From Candidatus Woesearchaeota archaeon (lineage in GTDB: Archaea; Nanobdellota; Nanobdellia; SCGC-AAA011-G17; PNOQ01), in the NCBI GenBank assembly GCA_964344555.1, contig CAYFNK010000002.1, forward strand, positions 1,498-65,497: a DNA stretch of 64,000 bases, in the 5' to 3' direction. Within the stretch, counting starts at the first letter, position 1; every line of letters begins with the position of its first letter. Under the pieces are notes generated by a model, which was given only the letters and a program-made list of their open reading frames with translations, did not search any database and was not told the DNA's origin. Shown piece by piece: positions 8,650 to 17,827 of the stretch. Made by a program: the position numbers and the translations under genes.

Positions 8650-10425
8650 TTATAGTATTAACTCTAATTTATTTCCGTATAATCTTTTTAAACTTTCAAT
8701 TGTTTTTAGTTTCAAATTATTTTCTTTTAGAAGTTCTTTTGTTACTAATGTGTTTTCTAAATCGTTGATATTAGATTTTTCTAATTTTTCCATACTTCCA
8801 TCTTTTTTGAGTTTTGCTTTTCTTACGGATTTTCTTGTTTTACTATCTTCAACTATGAATATTGAATCATCTAGTAATATTATGTCTCCTCTTTTACTTC
8901 CTGCTTTAAATCTAATCTTTGCTTGTTCAATTCCTAAAAATTTCTTTCTTTGCATATGTTGATTTAATACTCTTACATATGTTCTTAATTGTCTTTTTAG
9001 TTTTTCAAGTTCTGATTTTGTTAATCTGTGTTTTTTGAAATCTTTCTTTGCTTTTTCAAATGAATTATAATCTTCTGCCAAGCTTTCAGGTAGTCCTTCT
9101 TGTTGACAGAATTTTCTCATTGCCAATGTAAAATTTGTTGATTTTATTTTCGCATCTGTTAGAACGTCTTTTGTAACTTTATTAACAGCGTCGCCGATTT
9201 TCTTGAAACTTTCTTTTTCTCTCTTTTTCTCTATTTGGTTGAATAGTTTTTTAATTCTTTTAAGATAATCTTCTACGTCTTTTAGTAATTTATCCACTTC
9301 TGCACCAGATATATTTTTGATTTTACCGTGTTCCATGTCTTTGAAGAATTTAATTATTCTTTCTAGAGTGTTTACATATTTTTGTTCTAGAATTTTTTCT
9401 TTCTTTACAAATATTTCTTCTAAGAGTTTAACTGTCTCTTTCGGAGTTGGTGGTGCTATTCCGTGCAACATTAGAGCTGCTTGTGATGGGTTTAGTGTTG
9501 CGTAGTAAAGGTCTTCACCTGCAAGCATTAGAAGTTTTTTCTTTGCTCTATCTAGTAAACTTTCTCCTACGTTCATGTGCATTTCAATAGATTCTGGAGA
9601 AGGCTTTATTCTTCCCATTTTAAGCAATAGTCTCCAAGGACTGAATACTCCTCTGTCATATAGTGGAACTCCGTCCCTAAGGAATGTGAATATAACTGGA
9701 TGTGCATCTTTTACAGATTCCCAGAAATCAGTTAGAATGTAAGTTTGAACGTGGAATTGTTTTTTTACTCCTGTTATTGCACTAGCTTCGAAAGCCATAG
9801 TTTGAATTAATTGTCTAAGCTTTTCTTTTAGTTCTCCCCTTGTCATTCTTTTTACATCTGTGTCATCAACTACAATGTAAACATCTATATCATTTGATTT
9901 TTCTCCTCTGAATAATGATCCTGCAGCGATGTAACTAACTATGTATTTTTCAAATTTCTTTATGGTCATAGTTTTGTGAACTTCTGAAATCTTTAGTGCT
10001 GCTAAAAAGTCCATTGGATCATAAAGAATTCCTGAAATTGCCATTAATTGTAGAACCTCATATTTGCCGTCGAATAAAGATTCTTTAACTTCTGATACTA
10101 AGTTTATTTCCAACCATAAATTTTGATCTATAGAATTTGCTATTTTGATTAAGCTTGCTGAAGTTTTGTCTTTTAGTTTAAAATCTGGTGTTTTTTTTGA
10201 TTTAGAATCGTCAAGAACTATCAGTACATTGATTTTATTTTTCTCTTTTTCTATTTGTTCCTTTGGCAAGCCCCTTAATTCTTCAGGATTTATCTTTTTA
10301 GGTGGAAGTAAGGCTATTCCCAGTAAATCTTTTTTGTAAGATTTGATTGCTAAATTTTTGAATTTTTCTAGCTTTTTTTCAAATTCTTTTTGATTTTTAG
10401 TTTTTGAAGAATTCTCTTTGTTCAT
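8650..10425 (-). CDS. Polbeta-type nucleotidyltransferase-domain protein with a long Lys/Glu-rich helical C-terminus
   Basis: NTase signature GSLFRGEKSNDIDVYIVVDD. A preceding NTase-like segment (INVLIVLDD) looks degenerate. The C-terminal roughly 200 aa is charged and coiled-coil-like. Confidence 0.6.
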   Translation of the reverse strand: MNKENSSKTKNQKEFEKKLEKFKNLAIKSYKKDLLGIALLPPKKINPEELRGLPKEQIEKEKNKINVLIVLDDSKSKKTPDFKLKDKTSASLIKIANSIDQNLWLEINLVSEVKESLFDGKYEVLQLMAISGILYDPMDFLAALKISEVHKTMTIKKFEKYIVSYIAAGSLFRGEKSNDIDVYIVVDDTDVKRMTRGELKEKLRQLIQTMAFEASAITGVKKQFHVQTYILTDFWESVKDAHPVIFTFLRDGVPLYDRGVFSPWRLLLKMGRIKPSPESIEMHMNVGESLLDRAKKKLLMLAGEDLYYATLNPSQAALMLHGIAPPTPKETVKLLEEIFVKKEKILEQKYVNTLERIIKFFKDMEHGKIKNISGAEVDKLLKDVEDYLKRIKKLFNQIEKKREKESFKKIGDAVNKVTKDVLTDAKIKSTNFTLAMRKFCQQEGLPESLAEDYNSFEKAKKDFKKHRLTKSELEKLKRQLRTYVRVLNQHMQRKKFLGIEQAKIRFKAGSKRGDIILLDDSIFIVEDSKTRKSVRKAKLKKDGSMEKLEKSNINDLENTLVTKELLKENNLKLKTIESLKRLYGNKLELIL

Positions 10426-10514
10426 GTTCTAAATCGGGTTGATTTAATATATAAAGGTTTTCATGAAAGATATAGAAACTTTTTTAAAAAGATTATCGTC
10501 TATGAATCTATTAT

Positions 10515-10586
10515 GAGCCTGTGGCGTAGTGGTAGCGCATCGCCCTTACAAGGCGGGGGTCGCCGGTTCGAATCCGGTCGGGCTCA
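10515..10586 (+). tRNA. tRNA-Val (anticodon UAC)
   Basis: A 72-nt cloverleaf folded by hand. Acceptor GAGCCTG/CGGGCTC, D stem GCGT/GCGC, anticodon stem TCGCC/GGCGG with loop CTTACAA, T arm GCCGG-TTCGAAT-CCGGT, discriminator A. No encoded CCA. It is a GC-rich island in AT-rich DNA. Confidence 0.9.
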
Positions 10587-10589
10587 TAT

Positions 10590-11519
10590 TCAATTACAAA
10601 CATACTTAGAATACAAACTTAAAGCTTCTTTTTTTGTTTTTGATTTTATCATTACTTTATCTTTAAAGAAAGTCATATCTTTGTAAATGAATGATTTTCC
10701 TAAGTCTTTTCCTTTATATTTTTGTTTTAGTTTGTTATACTTAAAATCTCCATAAATTAGATAAGTATCTCTTCCACAAAATGAGATTATCTTTTGTTTT
10801 TTCTTTCCTGTTAGATATTCAAATTGTTTGTTACATGCAGGACAGTTCTTATTTTTCTTTACTTTTATTTTATCCAATGAATTATTTGTTAAATTCACAA
10901 AAATTAGATCTTTTTCATAATCTTGTTTTGTTAATATCTTTATTGCCTCACTCACCTGTAAAGATGAAACTAAAGTTGATGCAGAATTCATAACTCCAGA
11001 AGTTTCACAGGTTTCTAGATTTGATGCTTCTATTACAAAACATCTTAAACATGTCTTTTCAGGTATGGAATTGAAAATGTATCCTGAATTTCTAATTACC
11101 GCAGAATAAATCCATGGGATATTTTCTTTTATTGAATATTCGTTGATTAGAAATCTAGTTTTTAAATTATCCGTACAGTCTAATATAATATCTGCCTTAA
11201 GTAAGTTAATATTGTTTTCATCTAGATTATCAAAATATGATTTAACTTTAACTTTAGAATTTATTTTTTTCAAGTATTTTTCTACTACTTCTGCCTTTGG
11301 TTTGTTAACATCTTTTTCTGTAAATAAGTGTTGTCTTTGTAGATTTGATTCTTCTATGTAATCTCTATCTATTAGAATTAGATTACTAACTCCTGCTCTT
11401 GTTAAAAGCTCTGCAGAAGAAGATCCAGTTGCTCCTAAACCTACTATTGCAACTGTGGAATTAATTAGTTTTTCTTGATTTTCCTTTCCTAAAACCTTTT
11501 CTTGTCTTGAATATCTCAT
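10590..11519 (-). CDS. ubaA: E1-like ubiquitin-like-protein activating enzyme (ThiF/MoeB/UbaA family)
   Basis: N-terminal RYSRQ, nucleotide-binding VGLGATGSSSAELLTRAGV, DCTDNLKTRFLIN, and zinc-binding pairs CLRC and CPAC. There is an extra C-terminal extension of about 80 aa. Confidence 0.8.
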   Translation of the reverse strand: MRYSRQEKVLGKENQEKLINSTVAIVGLGATGSSSAELLTRAGVSNLILIDRDYIEESNLQRQHLFTEKDVNKPKAEVVEKYLKKINSKVKVKSYFDNLDENNINLLKADIILDCTDNLKTRFLINEYSIKENIPWIYSAVIRNSGYIFNSIPEKTCLRCFVIEASNLETCETSGVMNSASTLVSSLQVSEAIKILTKQDYEKDLIFVNLTNNSLDKIKVKKNKNCPACNKQFEYLTGKKKQKIISFCGRDTYLIYGDFKYNKLKQKYKGKDLGKSFIYKDMTFFKDKVMIKSKTKKEALSLYSKYVCN

Positions 11520-11754
11520 AGGTTTTTGTTGAATGTAAACGCTTTAAAATCTTACTTTTTCTATTATTTTTGTTTTTTTGGAAGAAAAAGATGTACAATA
11601 TTGGTAAAATACCTATAGATTGAATAATAATCATTGATGCAAACCATATTCTTTGTTTATTTCTAGCTGCTCTCCATAATCCCCAAGATTTCCAGGGTAA
11701 AGCCCAAGCAATCGCTAGAATTATCCAAAATGTCTTCCAATCTAAATTTATCAT
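11461..11754 (-). CDS. Small membrane protein (2 TM) with a basic tail
   Basis: Hydrophobic segments WIILAIAWALPW and ASMIIIQSIGILPILYIFFF, plus motif LWRAARNKQRIWF. The 3' end overlaps the E1 gene start by 59 nt. Confidence 0.45.
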   Translation of the reverse strand: MINLDWKTFWIILAIAWALPWKSWGLWRAARNKQRIWFASMIIIQSIGILPILYIFFFQKNKNNRKSKILKRLHSTKTYEIFKTRKGFRKGKSRKTN

Positions 11755-11792
11755 AAGTATTTTTTAAAATTTAGTTTTAAATAATTTACTAA

Positions 11793-11987
11793 TTAACCTC
11801 CAGAAATAACTGATAAGAACTTTACTTTATCTTTATCTTTTAGTTTTGAATCTTCTATTGCAATTTCATTATTTATTGTTACCAAGAATTCATTTAAACT
11901 AATATTTAGTTTTTCAGCTAATTCTTTGACTGTATCAGCTTCTACTTCGTGATTTTCATTTGTTCTTTCATTAAGTACTTTTATCAT
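11793..11987 (-). CDS. Small archaeal ubiquitin-like modifier / sulfur carrier (ThiS/MoaD fold, SAMP/TtuB-like)
   Basis: A 64-aa protein ending ..FLSVISGG directly before the stop (C-terminal diglycine). It sits in an operon with the PP-loop thiolase and the E1. Confidence 0.75.
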   Translation of the reverse strand: MIKVLNERTNENHEVEADTVKELAEKLNISLNEFLVTINNEIAIEDSKLKDKDKVKFLSVISGG

Positions 11988-12219
11988 TGTTTCTGTATGG
12001 CGTTACTTTATTGCATTTATAACATTCATATAATTCTAGTATATTATCCATTTTGCTTTTATGCATTAAATACATATTTGGAGTTAAACATTTTTCACAT
12101 TCTTTTATTTCCTTACCATCTAAAAATTTTTCTATTGTTTTCTCTAACATTCCTTGTTCTTTTAATTTATCTAAAACTTCTTCTTTTAATTCTTCTTTAA
12201 GTTGATATTTTTTATCCAT
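11971..12219 (-). CDS. Small zinc-ribbon protein (82 aa)
   Basis: CEKC..CYKC pairs. It overlaps the ncsA stop by 8 nt and the SAMP start by 17 nt, so it lies tightly within the operon. Confidence 0.5.
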   Translation of the reverse strand: MDKKYQLKEELKEEVLDKLKEQGMLEKTIEKFLDGKEIKECEKCLTPNMYLMHKSKMDNILELYECYKCNKVTPYRNNDKST

Positions 12220-13135
12220 TTTTTATCTTTTCAGCATAAATACAAGTTTGACATTTTTCTTTTGATGTTGGTTCTCCACAAATCTCACATTCATTTATCC
12301 CTTTGTTTTCTTTTGAGTATTTTTCTTTTAACTCTGGAAGTATTTCTAAGAATGAGTTTACTATTCCGTGTTTTGATCCTGAGTAAATCTCTTCCATCTG
12401 ATTTATGAAGTTTCTCATCTTAGACCTGTAATTTAAGTGTGAGTACGGGCATTCGTTAAAATCTGTAGAAAGTTTGTTTAGATAAGCGTAAGTCATAACT
12501 TCTTTCTCTGTTACAAAATATAAAGGTTTAATTCTTCTTATGAAGTTTTTATTATCTGATAATCCAGTTATTGGTCCTAATCTTGCTGAGATTGTTAAGT
12601 TATTTCTAAATTGATTCATTAAGATTGTTTGAGATTCATCATCTAGATTATGTCCTGTTGCTAGTTTGTTTATCTTTAATTCTTTAGCTTTTGAGTTTAG
12701 TAAGTATCTTCTGAAAACCCCGCAAATGCTACAAGGTATTGTGTCTGTTTTTTTTACTATTGAATCTAACTTTTTGCCGAATGTTTCTTTGTAAGATGCT
12801 ATGTGTAAATCTATGTTGTTTTCTTTACAGTATTTTTTTGCAAAAGTTAATGTTTTGTCCCTATATCCTTTAATTCCTTCGTCAATCGTTATTGCTACTA
12901 GTTTTGTTGTTCTTTGTTGTTTTGCTAATTGATTTAATATATGTAGTGTAGTTAGAGAGTCTTTTCCACCAGATAAGGCTACTCCGACTATATCTCCCTT
13001 TTTGAATAATTTATGAGTTCTAATTGTTTTCTTTACTTTTTTCTCAAAATAAGAAATAAAACATTTTTTACAGAGAGTTATGTGGCTATTTGTGAGTTTA
13101 ATTACAGGTTTTTCTTTACATTTCTTACATGTCAT
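12212..13135 (-). CDS. ncsA: tRNA 2-thiolation PP-loop ATPase (NcsA/Ctu1/TtuA family)
   Basis: PP-loop ALSGGKDS. N-terminal zinc finger CKKC..CKKC and C-terminal CEIC..CQTC. Also GHNLDDE. Confidence 0.85.
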   Translation of the reverse strand: MTCKKCKEKPVIKLTNSHITLCKKCFISYFEKKVKKTIRTHKLFKKGDIVGVALSGGKDSLTTLHILNQLAKQQRTTKLVAITIDEGIKGYRDKTLTFAKKYCKENNIDLHIASYKETFGKKLDSIVKKTDTIPCSICGVFRRYLLNSKAKELKINKLATGHNLDDESQTILMNQFRNNLTISARLGPITGLSDNKNFIRRIKPLYFVTEKEVMTYAYLNKLSTDFNECPYSHLNYRSKMRNFINQMEEIYSGSKHGIVNSFLEILPELKEKYSKENKGINECEICGEPTSKEKCQTCIYAEKIKNG

Positions 13136-13247
13136 AAGAAAATGGCCTAAAAATTGGCTTATAAAAGTTACTAAATGTTAGTTTATCTTGACAACTTGTC
13201 ATAGACCAGGATATAGTATTTAAAGAAGAGATACTATATTTTTCTGT

Positions 13248-14478
13248 ATGGAAGACTATTCCGTTTTATTAGAAGATAATTTTAGAAAAGATTTTTTGAA
13301 AAAAGCCATTAAAATTAAAGGCAGTCAATTTAAATTAGCATCTTATCTTAATTCTAAATTAGAAAGAAGAATTATAAGAGAAAATGTGAAAGATTGGTTA
13401 AATGGAAAACATTTCAATGGATGGGACATACTAATGCCCATTTCTGTGTTAAAAGAAATATGTCTGCTAAACAAAATTAGTATTGATAAGGTACTAGGTA
13501 ATGCTATAAAATACAACCCTTCTTGGAAAAATCCTGGAAAGAAGAAATTCCTTGTAAAGAATAATGGAACAATTATTTTAAAAAAGAATAATAAACTGTT
13601 TATAGACCTAGCTTCGATTCTTCCTGCTAAATCTCTGGAATCTCAAAGATCTAGAAAGGAACTTCCTCTATTCTGCAAAATTAGGGAGAATAATATTTTT
13701 CTTTGGTCAGAAGCTTGTTGGAAGAAATCAAAGATAGAACTAAGGCGTTATATAGAATTAAACGATCTTTTTTTCAAAGGTTGCGCCATATATTTGGGTG
13801 AAGGAACTACAAAAACAAAAGGTGCTTCTAATATATCAATAAGTTTTGGAAATTCTGAACCTTCAATAAATAACTTGTTTCTTAAATGGTTAGATCTCTT
13901 TTTGATTAATTATACTCCAAAGTATGAGATTGAATATAATGGCAAATGTGAAGATAAGACTAAAATAGAAGGATATTGGAAACTAAATATTTGTAAATTA
14001 ATAGATAAAATAAATATAAGGGAAAGAGTAAATTATGGTAGCAGGCTAGTAAATAATAGAGGAGTTTTAAAAATAAGAGTAAATTCTACCGTTCTGAAAG
14101 CATTTGTTATTAAATTACTTAATGTTTCAAAAACAATTGTATTAGATAATAAAGAATGGCGTATTTCTTATTTGAAAGGCTTATTGGCTTCTGAGGTCAG
14201 TTCCAGATAAAAGATTATATGACGTAACTGTTGGTGTCTTAGATAAAAACGAGAGATATTTTATTAAAAGATTATTAAGGAAACTTAATTTAAAATTTTG
14301 TGATGGAAAGAATCAATTACATATAACTCATTGGGATTCTTTTTGTAATCTAATTAATTATGATGCTTTTGAAATTCCTCACGAAAATGGTTTTTCCAAA
14401 AAAACTAGATTTTTGGAAGGATTTATGAACCGTTCAAAGACTAAAACTATTTGGAATTATAATTCCTTGGAAACATAG
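13248..14478 (+). pseudogene. Free-standing LAGLIDADG-type homing endonuclease-like gene, apparently split by a frameshift near 14196
   Basis: Frame 1 (13248-14210) carries FFKGCAIYLGEGT and ends in YLKGLLASE-VSSR*. The adjacent frame is open from 14197 to the stop at 14476-14478 and reads SVPDKRLYDVTVGVLDKNERYFIKRLLRKLNLKF.., which would restore a second ..GLLASE(G)SV.. dodecapeptide motif. Confidence 0.55.
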
Positions 14479-15845
14479 GGTCCTTCTAGTTTGTAACCGA
14501 GGTTATAATAGTACTCTCTAACTCCTATTCCAGATATTACTACAATTTTATTACAATCATTTTCTTTAGCAATTTTCTCTGCTTCTAACATTAATTTTTT
14601 ACCTAGTCCATTGTGTTGTGATTCTTTTTTTGATTCATCTTCTAATGGGACTTGCTGCCCGTAAACATGAAGTTCTCTAACAATCAGAGTTTTATCAGTA
14701 ATTTCTTTTCTGTGTGGCTTGTAAGGAATTCTTAATCTGCATAAGCCTAGTAAGTAGTCTTGACTTTCGTAAGATAAGAAGAATTCTTTTCCATTGCTTG
14801 CATCGTATTTTAGAACTTTTAATTCAGGTTTATCTTCTGAATTTAATTTTGATAATCCAACTTCCCTGCATCTTATACATTTACATTTTAAACCAAGCTC
14901 TTTCATTTTTTGGTTTAATTCTACTCTCGTGTTTGATCTAATCTTTCCAGTTTTGATATCTTTATGGTCGAATTGTCTCATTATTCTCATAATTCTACAG
15001 TATTCTGGAACTTCGTTTTTTAATCTACAAATTAAATCAATCATTTCTTCTTCTGTATAAAGTTTGAACTCTCCTTTTAGATATTGTCTGTACATTGGAG
15101 TATCTTCCATTAATTGTAGGGGGTAAATCTTTAATTGGTCTGGTTTAAAATCTTGATTTGAAAATAATTCTTTGAAAACTTCTAAATCTCTTTTTGGAGT
15201 TGAACCAGGTAAACCTGGCATCATATGATAACCAACTTTAAATCCGGAATCTTTTAGTAATTTTGTAGATTTTATTACGTCTTTTAGAGTATGTCCTCTG
15301 TTTATTCTTTTATACACTGAGTTGTCTAAGTGTTGTACTCCTAATTCTACTCTTGTACAACCAAAATCTAACATTCTGTCAATATGTTCCTCAAATGCCC
15401 AATCTGGTTTCGTTTCTATACACAATGCTACACATCTATGTTTTGCGGTTTCGTTTAGCTTCTTTGCTTCTTCTAATGTTTCTGACTCTTTTTCATTTAA
15501 ACCATCAAAAACTTTTTTTATAAATTCATATTGATAATCTTCAGGATATGCTAGGAATGTTCCTCCAAGAATTATAATTTCTATTTTACTTACAGGATGA
15601 CCCATATTCTTGAAACCTCTTAATCTAGCTTCAATCTGCTTTAATGGATCAAATTGTAAAGACATTGCTCTCATAATTGCAGGACTTTTGGTAGTATAAC
15701 TATTTGGAGTCCCTGCCTTTACTCCTCCTGGACAATATGTACATCTTCCGTGAGGACATGCATAGGGTTTACAAACTACTGTAAGAGGTGTAACTCCTGA
15801 TTTTGTTCTTATAGGTTTTTTAATTCCAGTTAAATTTTGTGTCAT
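14457..15845 (-). CDS. elp3: Elp3-family radical-SAM/GNAT tRNA U34 carboxymethyl-forming enzyme
   Basis: Radical-SAM cluster motif CPHGRCTYCPGG. Central Elp3 region (ELGVQ, GYHMMPGLPG). C-terminal GNAT motif QHNGLGKKLMLEAEKIA. Confidence 0.9.
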   Translation of the reverse strand: MTQNLTGIKKPIRTKSGVTPLTVVCKPYACPHGRCTYCPGGVKAGTPNSYTTKSPAIMRAMSLQFDPLKQIEARLRGFKNMGHPVSKIEIIILGGTFLAYPEDYQYEFIKKVFDGLNEKESETLEEAKKLNETAKHRCVALCIETKPDWAFEEHIDRMLDFGCTRVELGVQHLDNSVYKRINRGHTLKDVIKSTKLLKDSGFKVGYHMMPGLPGSTPKRDLEVFKELFSNQDFKPDQLKIYPLQLMEDTPMYRQYLKGEFKLYTEEEMIDLICRLKNEVPEYCRIMRIMRQFDHKDIKTGKIRSNTRVELNQKMKELGLKCKCIRCREVGLSKLNSEDKPELKVLKYDASNGKEFFLSYESQDYLLGLCRLRIPYKPHRKEITDKTLIVRELHVYGQQVPLEDESKKESQHNGLGKKLMLEAEKIAKENDCNKIVVISGIGVREYYYNLGYKLEGPYVSKEL

Positions 15846-15901
15846 TCTTCTAATAGAAATCCCGAGATAACGTTTTTAAATATAACGAATTAGGTTATTT
15901 T

Positions 15902-16516
15902 ATGAAAAACCAAGCTAATATTTGGAATTCTTTGGCTGAACAATGGAATAAATTTAAACCTAAACCTTTTCCTCAAACAGTATATTATTTATCTAGAACT
16001 TGGAAGAAAGGCAAGATTTTGGATATTGGTTGTGGAAATGGACGTAATTTAATTCCTTTTGCTGAAAAAGACTTTAGTTGTGAAGCTACAGATTTCAGCA
16101 TTAGTATGATTAAAAATGCTAAAGCTAAATTTAAGAAATTAGGTTTGAAAGGAAAGTTTCATGTCTCTAATATGACTAAGCTATCCTTTAAAGATAATAG
16201 TTTTGACTATTTGATTTGTGTTGCTTCCTTTCATCATTTGAATAAATTTGATCAAAAAAAAGCTTTGAAAGAGTTTAAACGTATTTTGAAACCAAAGGGT
16301 AAGATGTATATTACATCTTGGAATAAATGGCAAAATAAATTCTTATTTGGAAAGAAAGAAATTTTTGTTCCTTGGAAAGTAAAAGACAAAACCTATCAAA
16401 GATATTATTATTTATTCAATTATTTTGAATTTAAAAATTTGTTAAGGAAACATTTTGAGATTGAAAATTCTAAAGGTATTTTTGGAAAGAATATAGAAGT
16501 TATTGTTTCTGCATAA
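15902..16516 (+). CDS. Class I SAM-dependent methyltransferase, Trm9-like
   Basis: SAM motif ILDIGCGNGRN. It follows the Trm9 pattern from memory: FDYLICVASFHHL..ALKEFKRILKPKGKMYITSW..EIFVPW..QRYYYLF. It is divergent from elp3. Confidence 0.6.
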   Translation: MKNQANIWNSLAEQWNKFKPKPFPQTVYYLSRTWKKGKILDIGCGNGRNLIPFAEKDFSCEATDFSISMIKNAKAKFKKLGLKGKFHVSNMTKLSFKDNSFDYLICVASFHHLNKFDQKKALKEFKRILKPKGKMYITSWNKWQNKFLFGKKEIFVPWKVKDKTYQRYYYLFNYFEFKNLLRKHFEIENSKGIFGKNIEVIVSA

Positions 16517-16532
16517 TTTTCTTTTGTTAGGT

Positions 16533-16901
16533 TCATAAATTCTTAAACATAACTAAGCTCCCGATTACTCCAACAATATACCAACCTAATGAAACGAAAA
16601 TAGTTGTATAGAATAGTGTGTCATCAAAGCTATATGGAATGTTAGTGGAAAATACCCCATTAGCCATAGCTAAAGTGAATAATACTGCACCTGTTCCTGC
16701 AGTTAATAAGAAGAATTTCAGGTATCCTTTTGCTTCATATATTGGGGTCCAAATAATAAGCAAGAGTCCGAATAGAAAATAGAAGAATAAAGGAATAAAA
16801 AACATGAACCTTCCAATGTATGCAAACGCAAATATTAAGATAAAGGCTACAATTGTGCCCCATATTACTTTTTTTAGATTATGTGCTTGTTTTCTTCCCA
16901 T
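16533..16901 (-). CDS. Integral membrane protein (about 4 TM)
   Basis: Four hydrophobic segments; no motif recognised. Confidence 0.5.
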   Translation of the reverse strand: MGRKQAHNLKKVIWGTIVAFILIFAFAYIGRFMFFIPLFFYFLFGLLLIIWTPIYEAKGYLKFFLLTAGTGAVLFTLAMANGVFSTNIPYSFDDTLFYTTIFVSLGWYIVGVIGSLVMFKNL

Positions 16902-16902
16902 C

Positions 16903-17658
16903 TTAATTTAGAATAATTCTAATTGGACAATGATCAGAGCCCATAACTTTTGATAATATATCTGATTTCTTTATATTCTTCACGAATCTTTTTGAAACCC
17001 CAAAGTAATCTATACGCCAACCAACGTTTCTTGATCTTGCACTGAATCTATAGCTCCAATAAGTGTATTGTTCTGGTTTGTTGTTAAATTCTCTGAAAGA
17101 ATCTATAAAACCTGAGTCAAATATTTTACTAATTCCTCTTATTTCTGGTTCTGTATAGCCTGCAGTTTTATTGTAGTTTGACTTTGGATGAGTTAAATCA
17201 ATGGGTTTGTGAGCTACATTCATATCTCCACAAAATATTACTGGTTTTTTCTTGTCTAATTTTTTTAAGTATGCTAGAAAATCTTTGTTCCAAGTAATTC
17301 TATATTTTAATCTTTTAAGCTCTTGTCCTGAATTTGGAGTATAAACATTTACCAAGTAGAATTTTTCTAATTCCAAAGTTATTACTCTTCCTTCGTTGTC
17401 ATGTTCTTTTTTTCCTATTCCATAGTTTACTGATTTTGGTCCTTCTTTAGAAAATATTGCAGTTCCAGAATATCCTTTTTTCTCTGCAGCATTCCAAAAA
17501 TGATGTTCGTATTCTGAAAGCATTTCATCTACTTGATCTGGATGTGCTTTTGTTTCTTGAATACAAAGAATATCTGGTTTTTCTTTTTTTACAAAATCTT
17601 TGAAACCTTTCTTAACTATTGCCCTAATCCCATTAACGTTCCAAGAAACTATCTTCAT
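16903..17658 (-). CDS. xth: Exodeoxyribonuclease III (AP endonuclease, Xth family)
   Basis: MKIVSWNVNGIRA, CIQETK, GDMNVAH, SDHCP. The start at 17658 is preferred because it forms an ATGA overlap with the upstream micro-ORF. Confidence 0.85.
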   Translation of the reverse strand: MKIVSWNVNGIRAIVKKGFKDFVKKEKPDILCIQETKAHPDQVDEMLSEYEHHFWNAAEKKGYSGTAIFSKEGPKSVNYGIGKKEHDNEGRVITLELEKFYLVNVYTPNSGQELKRLKYRITWNKDFLAYLKKLDKKKPVIFCGDMNVAHKPIDLTHPKSNYNKTAGYTEPEIRGISKIFDSGFIDSFREFNNKPEQYTYWSYRFSARSRNVGWRIDYFGVSKRFVKNIKKSDILSKVMGSDHCPIRIILN

Positions 17659-17798
17659 TGTGCTAACCATCTAATTGCATAACCAACTGAATTAATAGTT
17701 GTTTCTGATTTGTATAAAGCTATTGTAAATGCTAGAACTAGAATTAACATTATAAGTATAAATCTTACTTTTCTATCAACTATTATGTGCGGGTGCAT
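17655..17798 (-). CDS. Small membrane protein (47 aa), not in the ORF track
   Basis: MHPHIIVDRKVRFILIMLILVLAFTIALYK.. with one TM. Its stop overlaps the xth ATG as ATGA. Confidence 0.4.
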   Translation of the reverse strand: MHPHIIVDRKVRFILIMLILVLAFTIALYKSETTINSVGYAIRWLAQ

Positions 17799-17827
17799 AG
17801 GTTGACCTTAAAATTTCTAGTATTTAA

